DNA of 64,000 nucleotides from an uncultured Planctomycetaceae bacterium (GCA_963815195.1 CAWFGE010000019.1:1-64000), one strand, 5' to 3'; numbered from the stretch's first letter, positions 1-10,229 are shown. Notes: generated by a model from the sequence alone, not told the origin. Program-made: numbers and translations.

Positions 1-885
1 TGAGATGTTTAGGGAATTATGGATCGGACCAAAAGTTTGGCAACATAGGTATTGACAAGTTTTAGCCAAGTAGCCAAGTAGGGCAGGCTCCTGCCGGCTC
101 CCGCCTGCCGATTTCTCAGATGACCGGTGCAAAATGACCAAATCGTTTCCGCATGATGCCAGCCATGAACCAGCCGAAATCGTGAGGCCGCGTTCGGCTT
201 CGCCGATTCGGGTGGCTTTTGCGAGTCGGCCTGTTTTGAAGAGGGCGGATTTCGACGAACCCCCCCTCCCATTATCAGGCACATCGATCATTCAAACGGC
301 AGCGGAAAACTGGGAACCGATCTGGAAACTCATCCGCCCGTGTTGCCGGACTGTTTGCGGCGGACGGAGATTCAGACGGTTTGTCCATTGCCTCGGGCGA
401 AGAGGTGTGTGGCGACCGTGGGGTCGGCCCGTTATGCGGACCTCTTGGATAATCTGCTCGGCTCAGTTGCGCCAACGGCGGATTGGACGATGCGCTGTTG
501 GTCGTGTTTGTCGTGTTTGTCGTCAATGGGGATCCGGAGTGCTGTCGGATTCGCCGGGTGCCACGGGCAGCTTGCCTGCCCGTGTCTTTGATCCCAGCAC
601 CCCGCACTGGCAACAAGTTGCCAGTGGCACCCGGTGCACTGAACACGAGCCGACAGAAACTGTCATAGTTGTTATTTGCACCCTTAGATTTCGTGAGGAG
701 ATCTACATATTTCCTAAGTATCCCTACGGACCCCTGAAAGTAAAAGCACCAGGAATTTGTACGATCCTTGATTTATTAACAGAATTTTTCTTGCTATTTC
801 GGGTAATTCCCGGCATCTTCGATTCCCAAAACGACCTATGAACGATCGAATCGTCCCGCATCCTTGAGCACCACTGGACCGAGAC

Positions 886-1656
886 ATGGAATCGAGTCGT
901 CCCCCCGCTCTGTCGCACTCGCCGTGGCTGTCCTTAGTCGAGCAAACCCAACCGGCTCTGCACCTCCTCCTGCGGGCCTATGTTTACGCGAACGAAGCCT
1001 CGGACGAGCCTTGGCTATTCGCCGTCGAACTCGCCGACCTCCGGCACGGCGGCTTGATGCCCAGCGACCTCCGCTGGCTCATCACTCAAGGCCTCGTCGA
1101 ACTTCAGGACAAAGGTTCGGGGCCGTCTTCCTCCGGCAACGGCCACCCGGCGGAACCGGGCTTTTGCGATTGCAGCCGGTTTCTCCCAACCGCCGCCGGC
1201 TACGATCATCTCCAGCATCTCTTGCAAGGAGCGATCGGTGAGCGGCCGGGCGCTAGCCCCCGGCCCTCTGTTGAATGTCATCTCCCACATCTCTTGCAAG
1301 AACCGATCCATGAGCGGCAGGCCGCTAGCCCCCGGTCTGATGGCATCGTCAAACCGAATTGGGATTCGATGCTCCGCGAACTTCGCGTGGGCGACGTCCT
1401 GGTGAAGCGATACCGCGTCCCCGCGGAAATCCAGGAACTCATCTTAAACGCCTTCCAAGAAGAAGCCTGGCCCCGCCGCATCGACGACCCCCTGCCCCCC
1501 GTCCCCGACATCAGCCCCAAACGCCGCCTAAGCACCGCCATCACCGCATTAAACCGCAACCAAAAGAGTCGAGCCATCCAATTCACAGGCGACGGCTGCG
1601 GCGAAGGCGTGATTTGGGCGTGCGGTGTGGTGACACAGCAATCGGTCGCAGATTGA
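886..1656 (+). CDS. Hypothetical protein, probable C-terminal winged-helix DNA-binding domain
   Basis: 256-aa ORF. C-terminal PNWDSMLRELRVGDVLVKRYRVPAEIQELILNAFQEEAWPRRIDDPLP resembles a planctomycete regulator-like family. Contains an internal 72-bp duplication. Confidence 0.65.
   Translation: MESSRPPALSHSPWLSLVEQTQPALHLLLRAYVYANEASDEPWLFAVELADLRHGGLMPSDLRWLITQGLVELQDKGSGPSSSGNGHPAEPGFCDCSRFLPTAAGYDHLQHLLQGAIGERPGASPRPSVECHLPHLLQEPIHERQAASPRSDGIVKPNWDSMLRELRVGDVLVKRYRVPAEIQELILNAFQEEAWPRRIDDPLPPVPDISPKRRLSTAITALNRNQKSRAIQFTGDGCGEGVIWACGVVTQQSVAD
1207..1338 (+). repeat. Imperfect 72-bp in-frame tandem duplication with REP-like core
   Basis: Units begin at 1207 and 1279: catctcc..catctcttgcaag...tgagcggc..g.cgctagcccccgg. 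Confidence 0.85.
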
Positions 1657-1789
1657 CCGCCAATTGCTGGTGGACTGCTGCGCTGGGTTTGCGAGAATCT
1701 TTTTATCGAGATGATGATTTAAGGTCTCGTTCTTACCTACCCTAGGAGGTTTTCGATGAGTTTCGAACAAGCTGATACAGTACCCGCTA

Positions 1790-2299
1790 ATGAGCGAGTC
1801 CATGCAGGTCATGAAGACGGCGGCCAAAGCCGCCCCTGACCTGGAACACAAGGCGGTCGCCAAATGGGAAGCGACTATCGAGCGGGTGCAACTTACGACC
1901 TACTATTGGAATAATGTGCCGGTGACTGCCCCTTATCAGTTGCTGAACGATAGTGGGGGCAATCCGATCTGGGTTCTCGAAGCCATCTACACGTTCTCCG
2001 ATGTGGCGTGGCGGTACGCCCACGGTGGCGAAACCATCACCGACTTCTGCGGTAAGCACGGTCAAGTGGATCCATCGTTCACCTGCAGCAAATCAAACAT
2101 CTTCCAGATCGTTCCGGCGCTGCGCGAGAAGGGCGGGGCGAATATCTCCTTCGTCAACAATGCGTGTTACAACCCTGCTCGCATCGAATATGGGGTCGGT
2201 GGTCGCCTTATGGTCATCCCCAATGATCGTTGGGGGACCTACGAGGACAATAGTGGATCGTTCGATGTGAAGGTCGAGGTGGTCAAGTTCCTCCCGTGA
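1790..2299 (+). CDS. Hypothetical protein, possible lectin-like beta-sandwich
   Basis: 169-aa ORF; C-terminus NDRWGTYEDNSGSFDVKVEV recalls PA-IL-like jelly-roll endings. Confidence 0.55.
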   Translation: MSESMQVMKTAAKAAPDLEHKAVAKWEATIERVQLTTYYWNNVPVTAPYQLLNDSGGNPIWVLEAIYTFSDVAWRYAHGGETITDFCGKHGQVDPSFTCSKSNIFQIVPALREKGGANISFVNNACYNPARIEYGVGGRLMVIPNDRWGTYEDNSGSFDVKVEVVKFLP

Positions 2300-2416
2300 T
2301 GTTGCAACGCCGGACCACCGTGTTTTCCCCGCGCTGCGGTGGTGGTGGGAAATGATCAAATAACGTCCTGCTGAGCCTTCTTGATTTGCGCGTCGATCTC
2401 ATTTCGGAGGTTGCCG

Positions 2417-3418
2417 ATGAAATCCGTTATTACGACCTGGATTGTGCTGGCGGCAATGAGTCTTGCAAGTGCCCAGGAGACTCTCTCACCGTCGGAAGTC
2501 ATCAAGTTCCCCGATCAGGTTGATGAATCAACCGGACTCAGCGGCGCTGCCGTCGATGGGGATGGGAGGCTCTTTGTTGTTGCCGACGAGGGTTGCCGGC
2601 TTCGCGTCCTTCACAAGCGAGCCGCGAACCAATCGTACAAACTCCTTCGCACGATCCCGCTTTCTAGTAATCCCAAAACCGAATTCGATCTCGAAGGACT
2701 CTCTCAAAGTGACGGTTGGCTGTATCTGATTGGCTCCCATTCCGCCAAGCGGGAACGGGTCAAACCCGACGAAGCAACGCAGGATGAAAACCATAAGCGA
2801 TTGAGAAAGGTCGAGAAGGAATCCAGCCGTCGACAGATCCTCCGAATCAAGCTGGATTCTGTCCTTGATAATAATCCTGAGATCGAACAAGCCGACCTTT
2901 GGAACCGGATCAAGGACAGCACGACGCTCGAACGGTTTATCGAGATTCCAAGCAAGGAGAACGGAATCGACATCGAAGGCATTGCAGCGGATGGAGAGCA
3001 TCTTTATATCGGATTTCGCGGCCCCGTTCTCCGCGGCGGATTTGCGGTGGTGATGAAAACAAGATTCGCGTCCGACTCGGACGCCACACTGCTGTTCATG
3101 GACCTGGGGGGAGACGGAATCCGCGACTTGGTGAAGACCGAAACCGGATTTCTGATTCTTTCTGGCCCCGTTGGTGATCGAGGCGGCAGCATCAAACTCC
3201 ATTCGTGGACGGGGGAAGACGGGCTTCCAGGCAGCGACAAACCGAACCTGATGCCAACCCGCTTTCTCGGACTGGTGCCACCACCCGATAACGACGCAAA
3301 TGCAAATGCCGAAGGCGCCACGGTTCTGAAAGAAACAAGCAACTCCTATTCGTTAATGATTGTGTACGACGGTCCGAAAAACGGGGCACCGACCGTCTTT
3401 CAAGTCGCCAAACCCTGA
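2417..3418 (+). CDS. Secreted DUF3616-family beta-propeller-like protein
   Basis: GGAGG RBS; signal peptide MKSVITTWIVLAAMSLASA; motifs EFDLEGL, GSHS, PSKENGIDIEGIA, GFRGPVL, LGGDGIRDL. Confidence 0.8.
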   Translation: MKSVITTWIVLAAMSLASAQETLSPSEVIKFPDQVDESTGLSGAAVDGDGRLFVVADEGCRLRVLHKRAANQSYKLLRTIPLSSNPKTEFDLEGLSQSDGWLYLIGSHSAKRERVKPDEATQDENHKRLRKVEKESSRRQILRIKLDSVLDNNPEIEQADLWNRIKDSTTLERFIEIPSKENGIDIEGIAADGEHLYIGFRGPVLRGGFAVVMKTRFASDSDATLLFMDLGGDGIRDLVKTETGFLILSGPVGDRGGSIKLHSWTGEDGLPGSDKPNLMPTRFLGLVPPPDNDANANAEGATVLKETSNSYSLMIVYDGPKNGAPTVFQVAKP

Positions 3419-3664
3419 GGGGCAAGGCTCCGGTGGCCGTTTGACGGACAGGGGAGAAGACTGACTCAATCACTGAAAACCATCGCTTTTACCCACAAGA
3501 CGCGGGTTCGCAGATCCGCGATGCCCTCAACTACTCGACCTCGCGGTTATCCAGTTCCCTTGGAGAATGTATTTCCCTTTGAAGTGGCGGTCGCATTAAG
3601 CATACGAGTTGTTGTTGACAAATGGCACTGGCAAAACAGTTTTCCCAATGAATAAGGAAATACA

Positions 3665-5092
3665 ATGGCGAAAAAACGTTCCCGCACTTCACGTTCCGCT
3701 GCACAGAAAACACCACACCCTAACGCCGGCAGCGAGACCGAATATGGACTGGGATTCACGGGCAGGCACATTGTGCTGCTGCGTGACGATGGTGTAAAGG
3801 AAGGACTTCAAGCAATCAAGACCGCCGCGGGTTTGGCTGAGGTGTGTAACTCCGCTGATTACGAGGCGGCGGCAGTGGAGATGGCTGAGGCGGAAAATGC
3901 TGAAGTTTTCGTCCTGGATAAGTTGAAGGTCGCTATCGTAAATGCCGACGCAACCCAAGTCGTCGGGTTGACGGCGGCCGCGGCCGAAAACGGTGCGATC
4001 GTCGCCGTTGAGCCGGAACGGATGATGTACGCTCTGACTGTTCAAAACGAGTCACTTTTGCAGTTCCCGCTCCAATATTTGACGGGGTATAAGGACGCTG
4101 TCAACCACTTGTATTCGTCGTTGACCGGTGCACCGTCTGAGACTGAAGCCGCGGCTGCTGCTGTGCTAAGTTACGCCGACAATGCTCAGTTCACGTGGGG
4201 TTTGCAGGCGACACGCGTGAGTCAGTCGCAGTTCAGCGGACGTGGCATTCGTGTTGCAGTGCTCGACACAGGCTTCGATCTTGACCACCCCGACTTCGTA
4301 GGTCGCACCATTTTCAGCCAATCGTTCATTCAGGGCCAAGCTGTAAGCGATTTGAATGGTCACGGCACGCACTGTATCGGTACTTCGCTCGGACCCCAGC
4401 ACCCGGCTGGCGGAGTTCGGCGATATGGCTGTGCATTCCGAGCTGAAATCTACGCTGGTAAGGTGTTGAGTAATCAAGGTTCCGGTGCGGACGGGGGCAT
4501 CTTAGCCGGAATCAATTGGGCGATCACGAATGGGTGTCGCGTAGTCTCGATGTCGCTTGGCGCACCGGTGCAACCTGGTGAATCGTATTCGACGATTTAC
4601 GAGAACGTAGCCCGAAGGGCACTCCGATCAGATCCCGGCACGCTGATCGTTGCAGCGGCCGGAAACGACAGTCACCGTCCAGGGATGATTCAGCCGGTTG
4701 GTCGGCCTGCGAATTGCCCGTCGATCTTAGCTGTCGCCGCCCTAGATTCAACTCTTGGAATTTCGTGGTTTTCAAACGGCGGAATCAACCCCGACGGTGG
4801 GGGTGTGGACGTCGCAGGACCAGGTCTTAATGTGTTCTCGTCGGTTCCGGAACCGTTCCCCCCCAATGTCCAGCCAGGAGGTCCTGGCCGCCCGTGGCCC
4901 GCTCGGTACCACACAATCTCCGGGACAAGTATGGCGACGCCGCATGTCGCGGGGATCGCTGGGATGTGGCTCGAAGCTCGTGGTGCAGGAACCACAGCGC
5001 AATCGCTCTGGCAATTGCTGACGGGCAACGCTCGTCGGTTAATGCTCCCCAGCGGCGATGTCGGCGCTGGGCTCGTTCAGGCACCATTGTAA
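3665..5092 (+). CDS. S8 (subtilisin-family) serine peptidase
   Basis: Catalytic triad motifs VAVLDTG, NGHGTH, SGTSMATPHVAG; oxyanion AAAGN. Confidence 0.95.
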   Translation: MAKKRSRTSRSAAQKTPHPNAGSETEYGLGFTGRHIVLLRDDGVKEGLQAIKTAAGLAEVCNSADYEAAAVEMAEAENAEVFVLDKLKVAIVNADATQVVGLTAAAAENGAIVAVEPERMMYALTVQNESLLQFPLQYLTGYKDAVNHLYSSLTGAPSETEAAAAAVLSYADNAQFTWGLQATRVSQSQFSGRGIRVAVLDTGFDLDHPDFVGRTIFSQSFIQGQAVSDLNGHGTHCIGTSLGPQHPAGGVRRYGCAFRAEIYAGKVLSNQGSGADGGILAGINWAITNGCRVVSMSLGAPVQPGESYSTIYENVARRALRSDPGTLIVAAAGNDSHRPGMIQPVGRPANCPSILAVAALDSTLGISWFSNGGINPDGGGVDVAGPGLNVFSSVPEPFPPNVQPGGPGRPWPARYHTISGTSMATPHVAGIAGMWLEARGAGTTAQSLWQLLTGNARRLMLPSGDVGAGLVQAPL

Positions 5093-5190
5093 TCCGAAAG
5101 ATTCGTCGGGGTGGAATTCGCCACCGTCGGGTTCGTATAATTGCCATGTGGTTGGATCCTAAGGAACCGTATTTTAGTGGAGCTGATCCC

Positions 5191-5439
5191 ATGGCGAACG
5201 AAAATGTAGTGAACGTCACCGTCCTTGTGGAAGAGACGCATCGCGACAACTTGATCGGTGTGGCAAACGCCTTAAAGGAAAAAGGGTTTGAGGTCAACGA
5301 GTCGCTTGGAGAAATCGGCGTCTTGATTGGAAGTGTATCGCGCACAGCGCTTTCTGCTCTCTCCACGGTGGCTGGTGTAGCCGCAGTTGAGGAAGAACGC
5401 GCCGACTACCGCACACAGGCACATTCCCGCCCCAGTTGA
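5191..5439 (+). CDS. Small 82-aa protein, likely I9/propeptide-like fold
   Basis: GGAG RBS then MANENVVNVTVLV...VAGVAAVEEER; alternating beta/alpha pattern; directly downstream of the S8 gene. Confidence 0.7.
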   Translation: MANENVVNVTVLVEETHRDNLIGVANALKEKGFEVNESLGEIGVLIGSVSRTALSALSTVAGVAAVEEERADYRTQAHSRPS

Positions 5440-6088
5440 TTTCAACGTTAAATGAAAATGCCCTCGCTAAAATGGAGTCTTCCCATTAGAAAACGCTGGG
5501 GGTGCCAGCGCTGGCTTGCCCAGCGGCGGGGTGGCTGGGGTCGGTTAGTCGCGGATTGCGTGGCATCAAGAAAAAGTTGAATCGACAAACTGCCCCCAGC
5601 GATGGGGGCAGTTTGCTAATCTGGGGGCAGGCTGCCGCCGCTGCCTAATTCGTTGCACCTGGCGGCCGCCTGACCCCGCGGGGTGGCCCCGGTTGCTTGC
5701 AACTTGGGTGACGAAGTCACAAGAGGTTCAGCGTTTCGGAACTGAATTTTAACAAAACTTCCGACGGCTGCGCCGCCCCGGTTGCAAGCCACCGGGGCCG
5801 CTCCGGTTGCAAGGTTTGGGGATTTTTGATTCAACATTTTCGGCTTGGCTTCCTGAGCCGCCGCCATGATGTCTCCATCGACGACCAGTGCCGCCGCCGC
5901 GTGCTAAAATGCGGAAATGGCCAGGATGTTGGTGATGCGATGGACACACGCCTCCAAAACTCCAAAACGGAGGGAGTTGTTTGGGCTCGAAACCCTGAGT
6001 ATAACCATAGGAGGCAATCTGTTGGCGAGAACGCGGTTCTTGGAAATGCCGACGGTTGGTGCTTCGTGATCTGGTTGGGTGGTCTGCG

Positions 6089-7357
6089 ATGACTTCGGCG
6101 CCTCAAAACGGTTCCTCGGCAAACCCCCGCCCCAAACGGCCCCGGGTGCGGCGCCGTCTGATCTTGCTGACTTTTTCGGTCCTCGTTTTTCTCGCGGCGT
6201 TGAAATTGGCGGACGGGGTAATGGGCCGAGTCTGGCGGACGGAGCAGCGGCATTGGCTGCGGCTGACGCCGCATGCCAAGGTGACCCACAAGACGAGTGA
6301 ATTTGAATACGTGTACTCCACCAATTCGTGGGGGCTGCGGGGCAAGGAAATCCCTTTGGAGAAGCCCGCGGGAACGGTGCGGATCGCCATTGTGGGTGAT
6401 TCGTTCGTGGCGGGCCTGGGAGTGCCCGATGACTGCGTCTTTCCCGCGGTCCTCGAATCCCTGTTGAATGAAGCGTCCCCGCCAATGCGGTGCGAGGTCA
6501 TCAACGTGGGGCGGGCGGGTTCTTCGACGATTCGGGAAGCCGACCTGTACCATGCGGTGGGCCGGCGGTTTGAACCCGACGTGGTCGTCCAGGCCGTGTT
6601 CATGGGCAATGATCTGGTGGAGATTCTGGAGGAACACGATTCCGAAGAACTGAAAAGCTGGACGCCGCCCGGCTGGATTCGAGCCTCGGCGTACCGAGCT
6701 TTCCCCAATCTCTATTTGGAACTCGCGATGCGAAAGGCCGCTTACGAATCGCAAAATCGCGGCCGCGAGCAAACGCGTCAAGGCCTCTGGCAATTTGTCC
6801 GAAACGCGGCTGAAGAGCGCGGCGTCGACATTTCACAGACTCGCGCACGATTCGACAAGATGCCGCCGGAAATCGTAGAGAGCACACGCAAAGGCTTGTT
6901 CTCCCATTCGAGTTTTTTGCATGCCTGTCTACAGCCGCAGCGTTTGCTGCGGGCCTTGGATCCGGATGCGGAAATGATCCGCCGCGCCTGGCCGCGGATG
7001 ACAACACATTTCGAACGGCTGAAAGCCGATGCCGAGACTCAACACGCCCGTCTTTTGATCATCCTGATCCCGCATGCCGCACAGGTGGATCCGCGGGCTT
7101 GGAGGTTCTGCGAGGAGTTGGGTTTTGAGATGCGAGACGACTGGCTCCATAAACCTGTGTTTCTCCAGGAGGCGATCCCCGCCTGGTGCAGGTCGAATGC
7201 CGTGGCTTTCCTGGATTTGACCGCCGAATTGAGGGCGGCTCCGCGGCCGGTCTATTACGTCCAAGACGGCCATTGGAATGCCCAAGGGCACCGCCGCGTT
7301 GCGGAAACGCTGGCGCAATGGCCGGAACTGAAAGCCGCCAGGCTTGGAAAAAACTGA
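6089..7357 (+). CDS. Membrane-anchored SGNH/GDSL hydrolase
   Basis: N-terminal TM helix; motifs IAIVGDSF, NVGRAG, GND, DGHWN. Confidence 0.88.
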   Translation: MTSAPQNGSSANPRPKRPRVRRRLILLTFSVLVFLAALKLADGVMGRVWRTEQRHWLRLTPHAKVTHKTSEFEYVYSTNSWGLRGKEIPLEKPAGTVRIAIVGDSFVAGLGVPDDCVFPAVLESLLNEASPPMRCEVINVGRAGSSTIREADLYHAVGRRFEPDVVVQAVFMGNDLVEILEEHDSEELKSWTPPGWIRASAYRAFPNLYLELAMRKAAYESQNRGREQTRQGLWQFVRNAAEERGVDISQTRARFDKMPPEIVESTRKGLFSHSSFLHACLQPQRLLRALDPDAEMIRRAWPRMTTHFERLKADAETQHARLLIILIPHAAQVDPRAWRFCEELGFEMRDDWLHKPVFLQEAIPAWCRSNAVAFLDLTAELRAAPRPVYYVQDGHWNAQGHRRVAETLAQWPELKAARLGKN

Positions 7358-7723
7358 GGTGCATCTGCGCGGATCGTTCGCCATTTTTCAAACCAGCTTC
7401 GGCATCACGCCTTTTTCCAAAGCCTTCGCCGCGATCGGAGTGGCCAATCCGTTGACGATCCACGGCGACATCTGGCTCGCCAGGTCGTCCACAAGGGGAA
7501 ATTCGTTGGCGAGAACGCGGTTCTCCAAAATCCCGCTGCGCCTGAACCGGGCGTTGGGGTTGCTCGAATTGGTTTGAACTTTCTACAATGCAGCGAACTG
7601 GCGGGGTGGGGATGGTGTCTCTCTTAAGCGGGGGCCGGTGTCTCTCAGCGGAACGGTGTCTTTGTTCTGCGAAACCCCGGTGGAAAAGTTGGATAATCTT
7701 CAAAAGTGAGTCGCCGATGTCCC

Positions 7724-7751
7724 TTGAAAGGGGCCGCGGCGATGTTATATT
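7724..7751 (+). promoter_or_regulatory. Sigma70-type promoter of tRNA-tuf operon
   Basis: TTGAAA-16 nt-TATATT with extended TG, about 30 nt upstream of tRNA-Thr. Confidence 0.6.
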
Positions 7752-7779
7752 CACACCTTGCCGCTTTTCGGGGCGGCGT

Positions 7780-7852
<73 letters not shown>

Positions 7853-7959
7853 CCCGGTGAGTCGGTCTCACCTGTACAAATCGGTTGTTCCCACCTTTGA
7901 CAACCAAAACACAACGGGTTTTTCAACTTCGGACAATTCTCGGCAGGTTGTGATCACAC

Positions 7960-8041
7960 GGGGGAATACCCGAGCGGCCAAAGGGGCCAGACTGTAAATC
8001 TGGTGGCAAAGCCTTCGCAGGTTCGAATCCTGCTTCCCCCA
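7960..8041 (+). tRNA. tRNA-Tyr(GTA)
   Basis: Acceptor GGGGGAA/TTCCCCC, CTGTAAA anticodon loop, long variable arm. Confidence 0.95.
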
Positions 8042-8141
8042 CTCCTGGGAGATTTGCAATCCAAATCTCGAAATCTGAAACGAGTTACAGAGGCGTATTA
8101 TAAGGTTTCGGATTTCGAGCTTCGAATTTCGGATTTTCCCC

Positions 8142-8212
8142 GCGGGTGTAGCTCAATGGTAGAGCCCCAGCCTTCCAAGCTGGTTGTGAGGGTTCGATTC
8201 CCTTCACCCGCT
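8142..8212 (+). tRNA. tRNA-Gly(TCC)
   Basis: Acceptor GCGGGTG/CACCCGC, CTTCCAA anticodon loop. Confidence 0.95.
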
Positions 8213-8327
8213 CTGGACCCGTTTCGGTAGGTGGTGAACAATCAGGAATGAGGGGAGGCTGGCGGAAAGCCGCGGGTTCTTGCCTTTGAGGTGATGATGC
8301 GTCAGGAGGCCATCGGACACAGCAACT

Positions 8328-8400
8328 GCTGCTGTAGCTCAGTCGGTAGAGTGCGTCCTTGGTAAGGACGAGGTCATGGGTTCGAATCCCATCAGCAGCT
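8328..8400 (+). tRNA. tRNA-Thr(GGT)
   Basis: Acceptor GCTGCTG/CAGCAGC, TTGGTAA loop; canonical Thr-Tyr-Gly-Thr-tuf order. Confidence 0.95.
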
Positions 8401-8559
8401 TTTGAGGAGGGAGCGTGCTGTGCGAGCCGTCTGGCACCCTAGGGTTTGTGTGTTGCCGCCCTGGGCGGCGAATGGTCTGTTTTCCAATTTTCTATTCAAC
8501 AGCAACCAAGTTGGTTGGCAGCGATTCCTAGCTGAAAATCACAGGGAGAAAGCGAAACA

Positions 8560-9756
8560 ATGGCAAAGGACACATTTCAACGAACCAAGCCGCACGTGAA
8601 CGTCGGAACGATCGGTCACATCGACCACGGGAAAACGACTTTGACCGCGGCTTTGCTGGCTGTTCAGGGGGCCAAGGGTCTGGCCAAGTTCAAAAGCTAC
8701 GCCGACATCGCCAAGGGCGGGACCGTCCGCGACGAAACCAAAACCGTGACGATCGCCGTCAGCCACGTGGAGTACGAATCGGAAAGCCGGCACTACGCCC
8801 ACATCGACTGTCCGGGCCACGCCGACTATATCAAAAACATGATCACCGGGGCCGCCCAGATGGACGGGGCCATTCTGGTGGTGTCCGCCGCCGACGGCCC
8901 GATGCCCCAGACCCGCGAGCACATCCTCCTGGCCCGCCAGGTGAACGTGCCCCGGTTGGTGGTGTTCCTCAACAAGTGCGACCTGGTCGACGATGAAGAG
9001 TTGCTCGAACTCGTCGAAATGGAAGTCCGCGAACTTCTGAGCAAATACGACTTCCCCGGCGATGACATCCCCGTGATCCGCGGGAACGCCAAAGGGGCCT
9101 TGGACAATCCGTCCGACCCGACCTACAACGCCTGCATCGGCGAGTTGATCGATGCCCTCGACGCCTACATCCCCGAACCCGAACGGATTACCGACCGCCC
9201 GTTCTTGATGGCCGTCGAAGACGTGTTCTCCATCGAAGGCCGGGGCACCGTGGTGACGGGGCGGATCGAAATCGGCACCATCAAAGTCGGCGAAAAGGTG
9301 GAAATCATCGGTCTGAAAGATACGATGGAAACCACCTGCACCGGCGTGGAAATGTTCAACAAGACCCTCGACAAAGGCGAAGCGGGCGACAACGTGGGCA
9401 TCCTCCTGCGGGGCATCAAGAAGGAAGACGTGGAACGCGGCCAGGTGCTGGCGGCTCCCAAATCCATCAAACCACACGCCAAATTCCAAGGCGAAGTGTA
9501 CGTCTTGAGCAAGGAAGAAGGCGGCCGGCACACCCCGTTCTTCAGCGGCTACCGCCCGCAGTTCTACTTCCGCACGACCGACGTGACGGGCACCGCGAAC
9601 CTCTTGGGCGGAGCCGAGATGTGCATGCCCGGCGACAACGTCAACCTGGAAGTCGAGCTGGGCAAACCCATTGCCTTGACGGAAGGCAGCCGGTTCGCTA
9701 TTCGTGAAGGGGGACGGACGGTGGGGTCCGGCGTGGTCACGAAAATCGTCGAATAG
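8560..9756 (+). CDS. tuf: Elongation factor Tu
   Basis: [32 protein letters not shown]. Confidence 0.99.
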   Translation: MAKDTFQRTKPHVNVGTIGHIDHGKTTLTAALLAVQGAKGLAKFKSYADIAKGGTVRDETKTVTIAVSHVEYESESRHYAHIDCPGHADYIKNMITGAAQMDGAILVVSAADGPMPQTREHILLARQVNVPRLVVFLNKCDLVDDEELLELVEMEVRELLSKYDFPGDDIPVIRGNAKGALDNPSDPTYNACIGELIDALDAYIPEPERITDRPFLMAVEDVFSIEGRGTVVTGRIEIGTIKVGEKVEIIGLKDTMETTCTGVEMFNKTLDKGEAGDNVGILLRGIKKEDVERGQVLAAPKSIKPHAKFQGEVYVLSKEEGGRHTPFFSGYRPQFYFRTTDVTGTANLLGGAEMCMPGDNVNLEVELGKPIALTEGSRFAIREGGRTVGSGVVTKIVE

Positions 9757-9921
9757 ACCCAAAAACGGTCAAACCGCAACCCTCGCCCGCATCCGGCCGC
9801 CGAGTCGTGTTCGGCGGCTGGACGCCACCACTACAAAAAATCGACTAAGAAACCCAAATCCCGCCCGAATAGCTCCGGGCGGGGTTTGTTGTCATTAAAG
9901 AAACGAGACGAAAAGGGTCCC

Positions 9922-10080
9922 ATGATGGCTCGTGAATACGTTTGGCTGGAATGCACGGAAACCGGCATGCGGAACTACCGCGTGAGCAAGGAAACCCGCG
10001 GCACCGAGCGGTTGGAGCTGAAAAAATACTGCCCCAAACTCCGCCGGCACACCGTGCATAAAGAATCCCGGAAGAAATAA
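9922..10080 (+). CDS. rpmG: 50S ribosomal protein L33
   Basis: REYVWLECTE...RLELKKYCPKLRRHTVHKE; position after tuf. Confidence 0.95.
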   Translation: MMAREYVWLECTETGMRNYRVSKETRGTERLELKKYCPKLRRHTVHKESRKK

Positions 10081-10156
10081 CGATCTGAGCCGCAGGGCGC
10101 TAGCCCGCGGGTCGGCGAACCCGCACGCGAGCGCACTCGTGCTCCTTTGGCAATAA

Positions 10157-10229
<73 letters not shown>

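Noticed and set aside
9..841. ORFs 134-841 (+), 275-646 (-), 9-284 (-)
   Set aside because: No recognisable motifs, atypical composition, mutually overlapping; cannot be supported from sequence alone
8539..9762. Long antisense ORFs (also 13368-14603, 16159-17427, 20339-21553, 41520-43301, 54805-56124)
   Set aside because: Shadow frames of well-supported genes, expected with GC-rich codon usage
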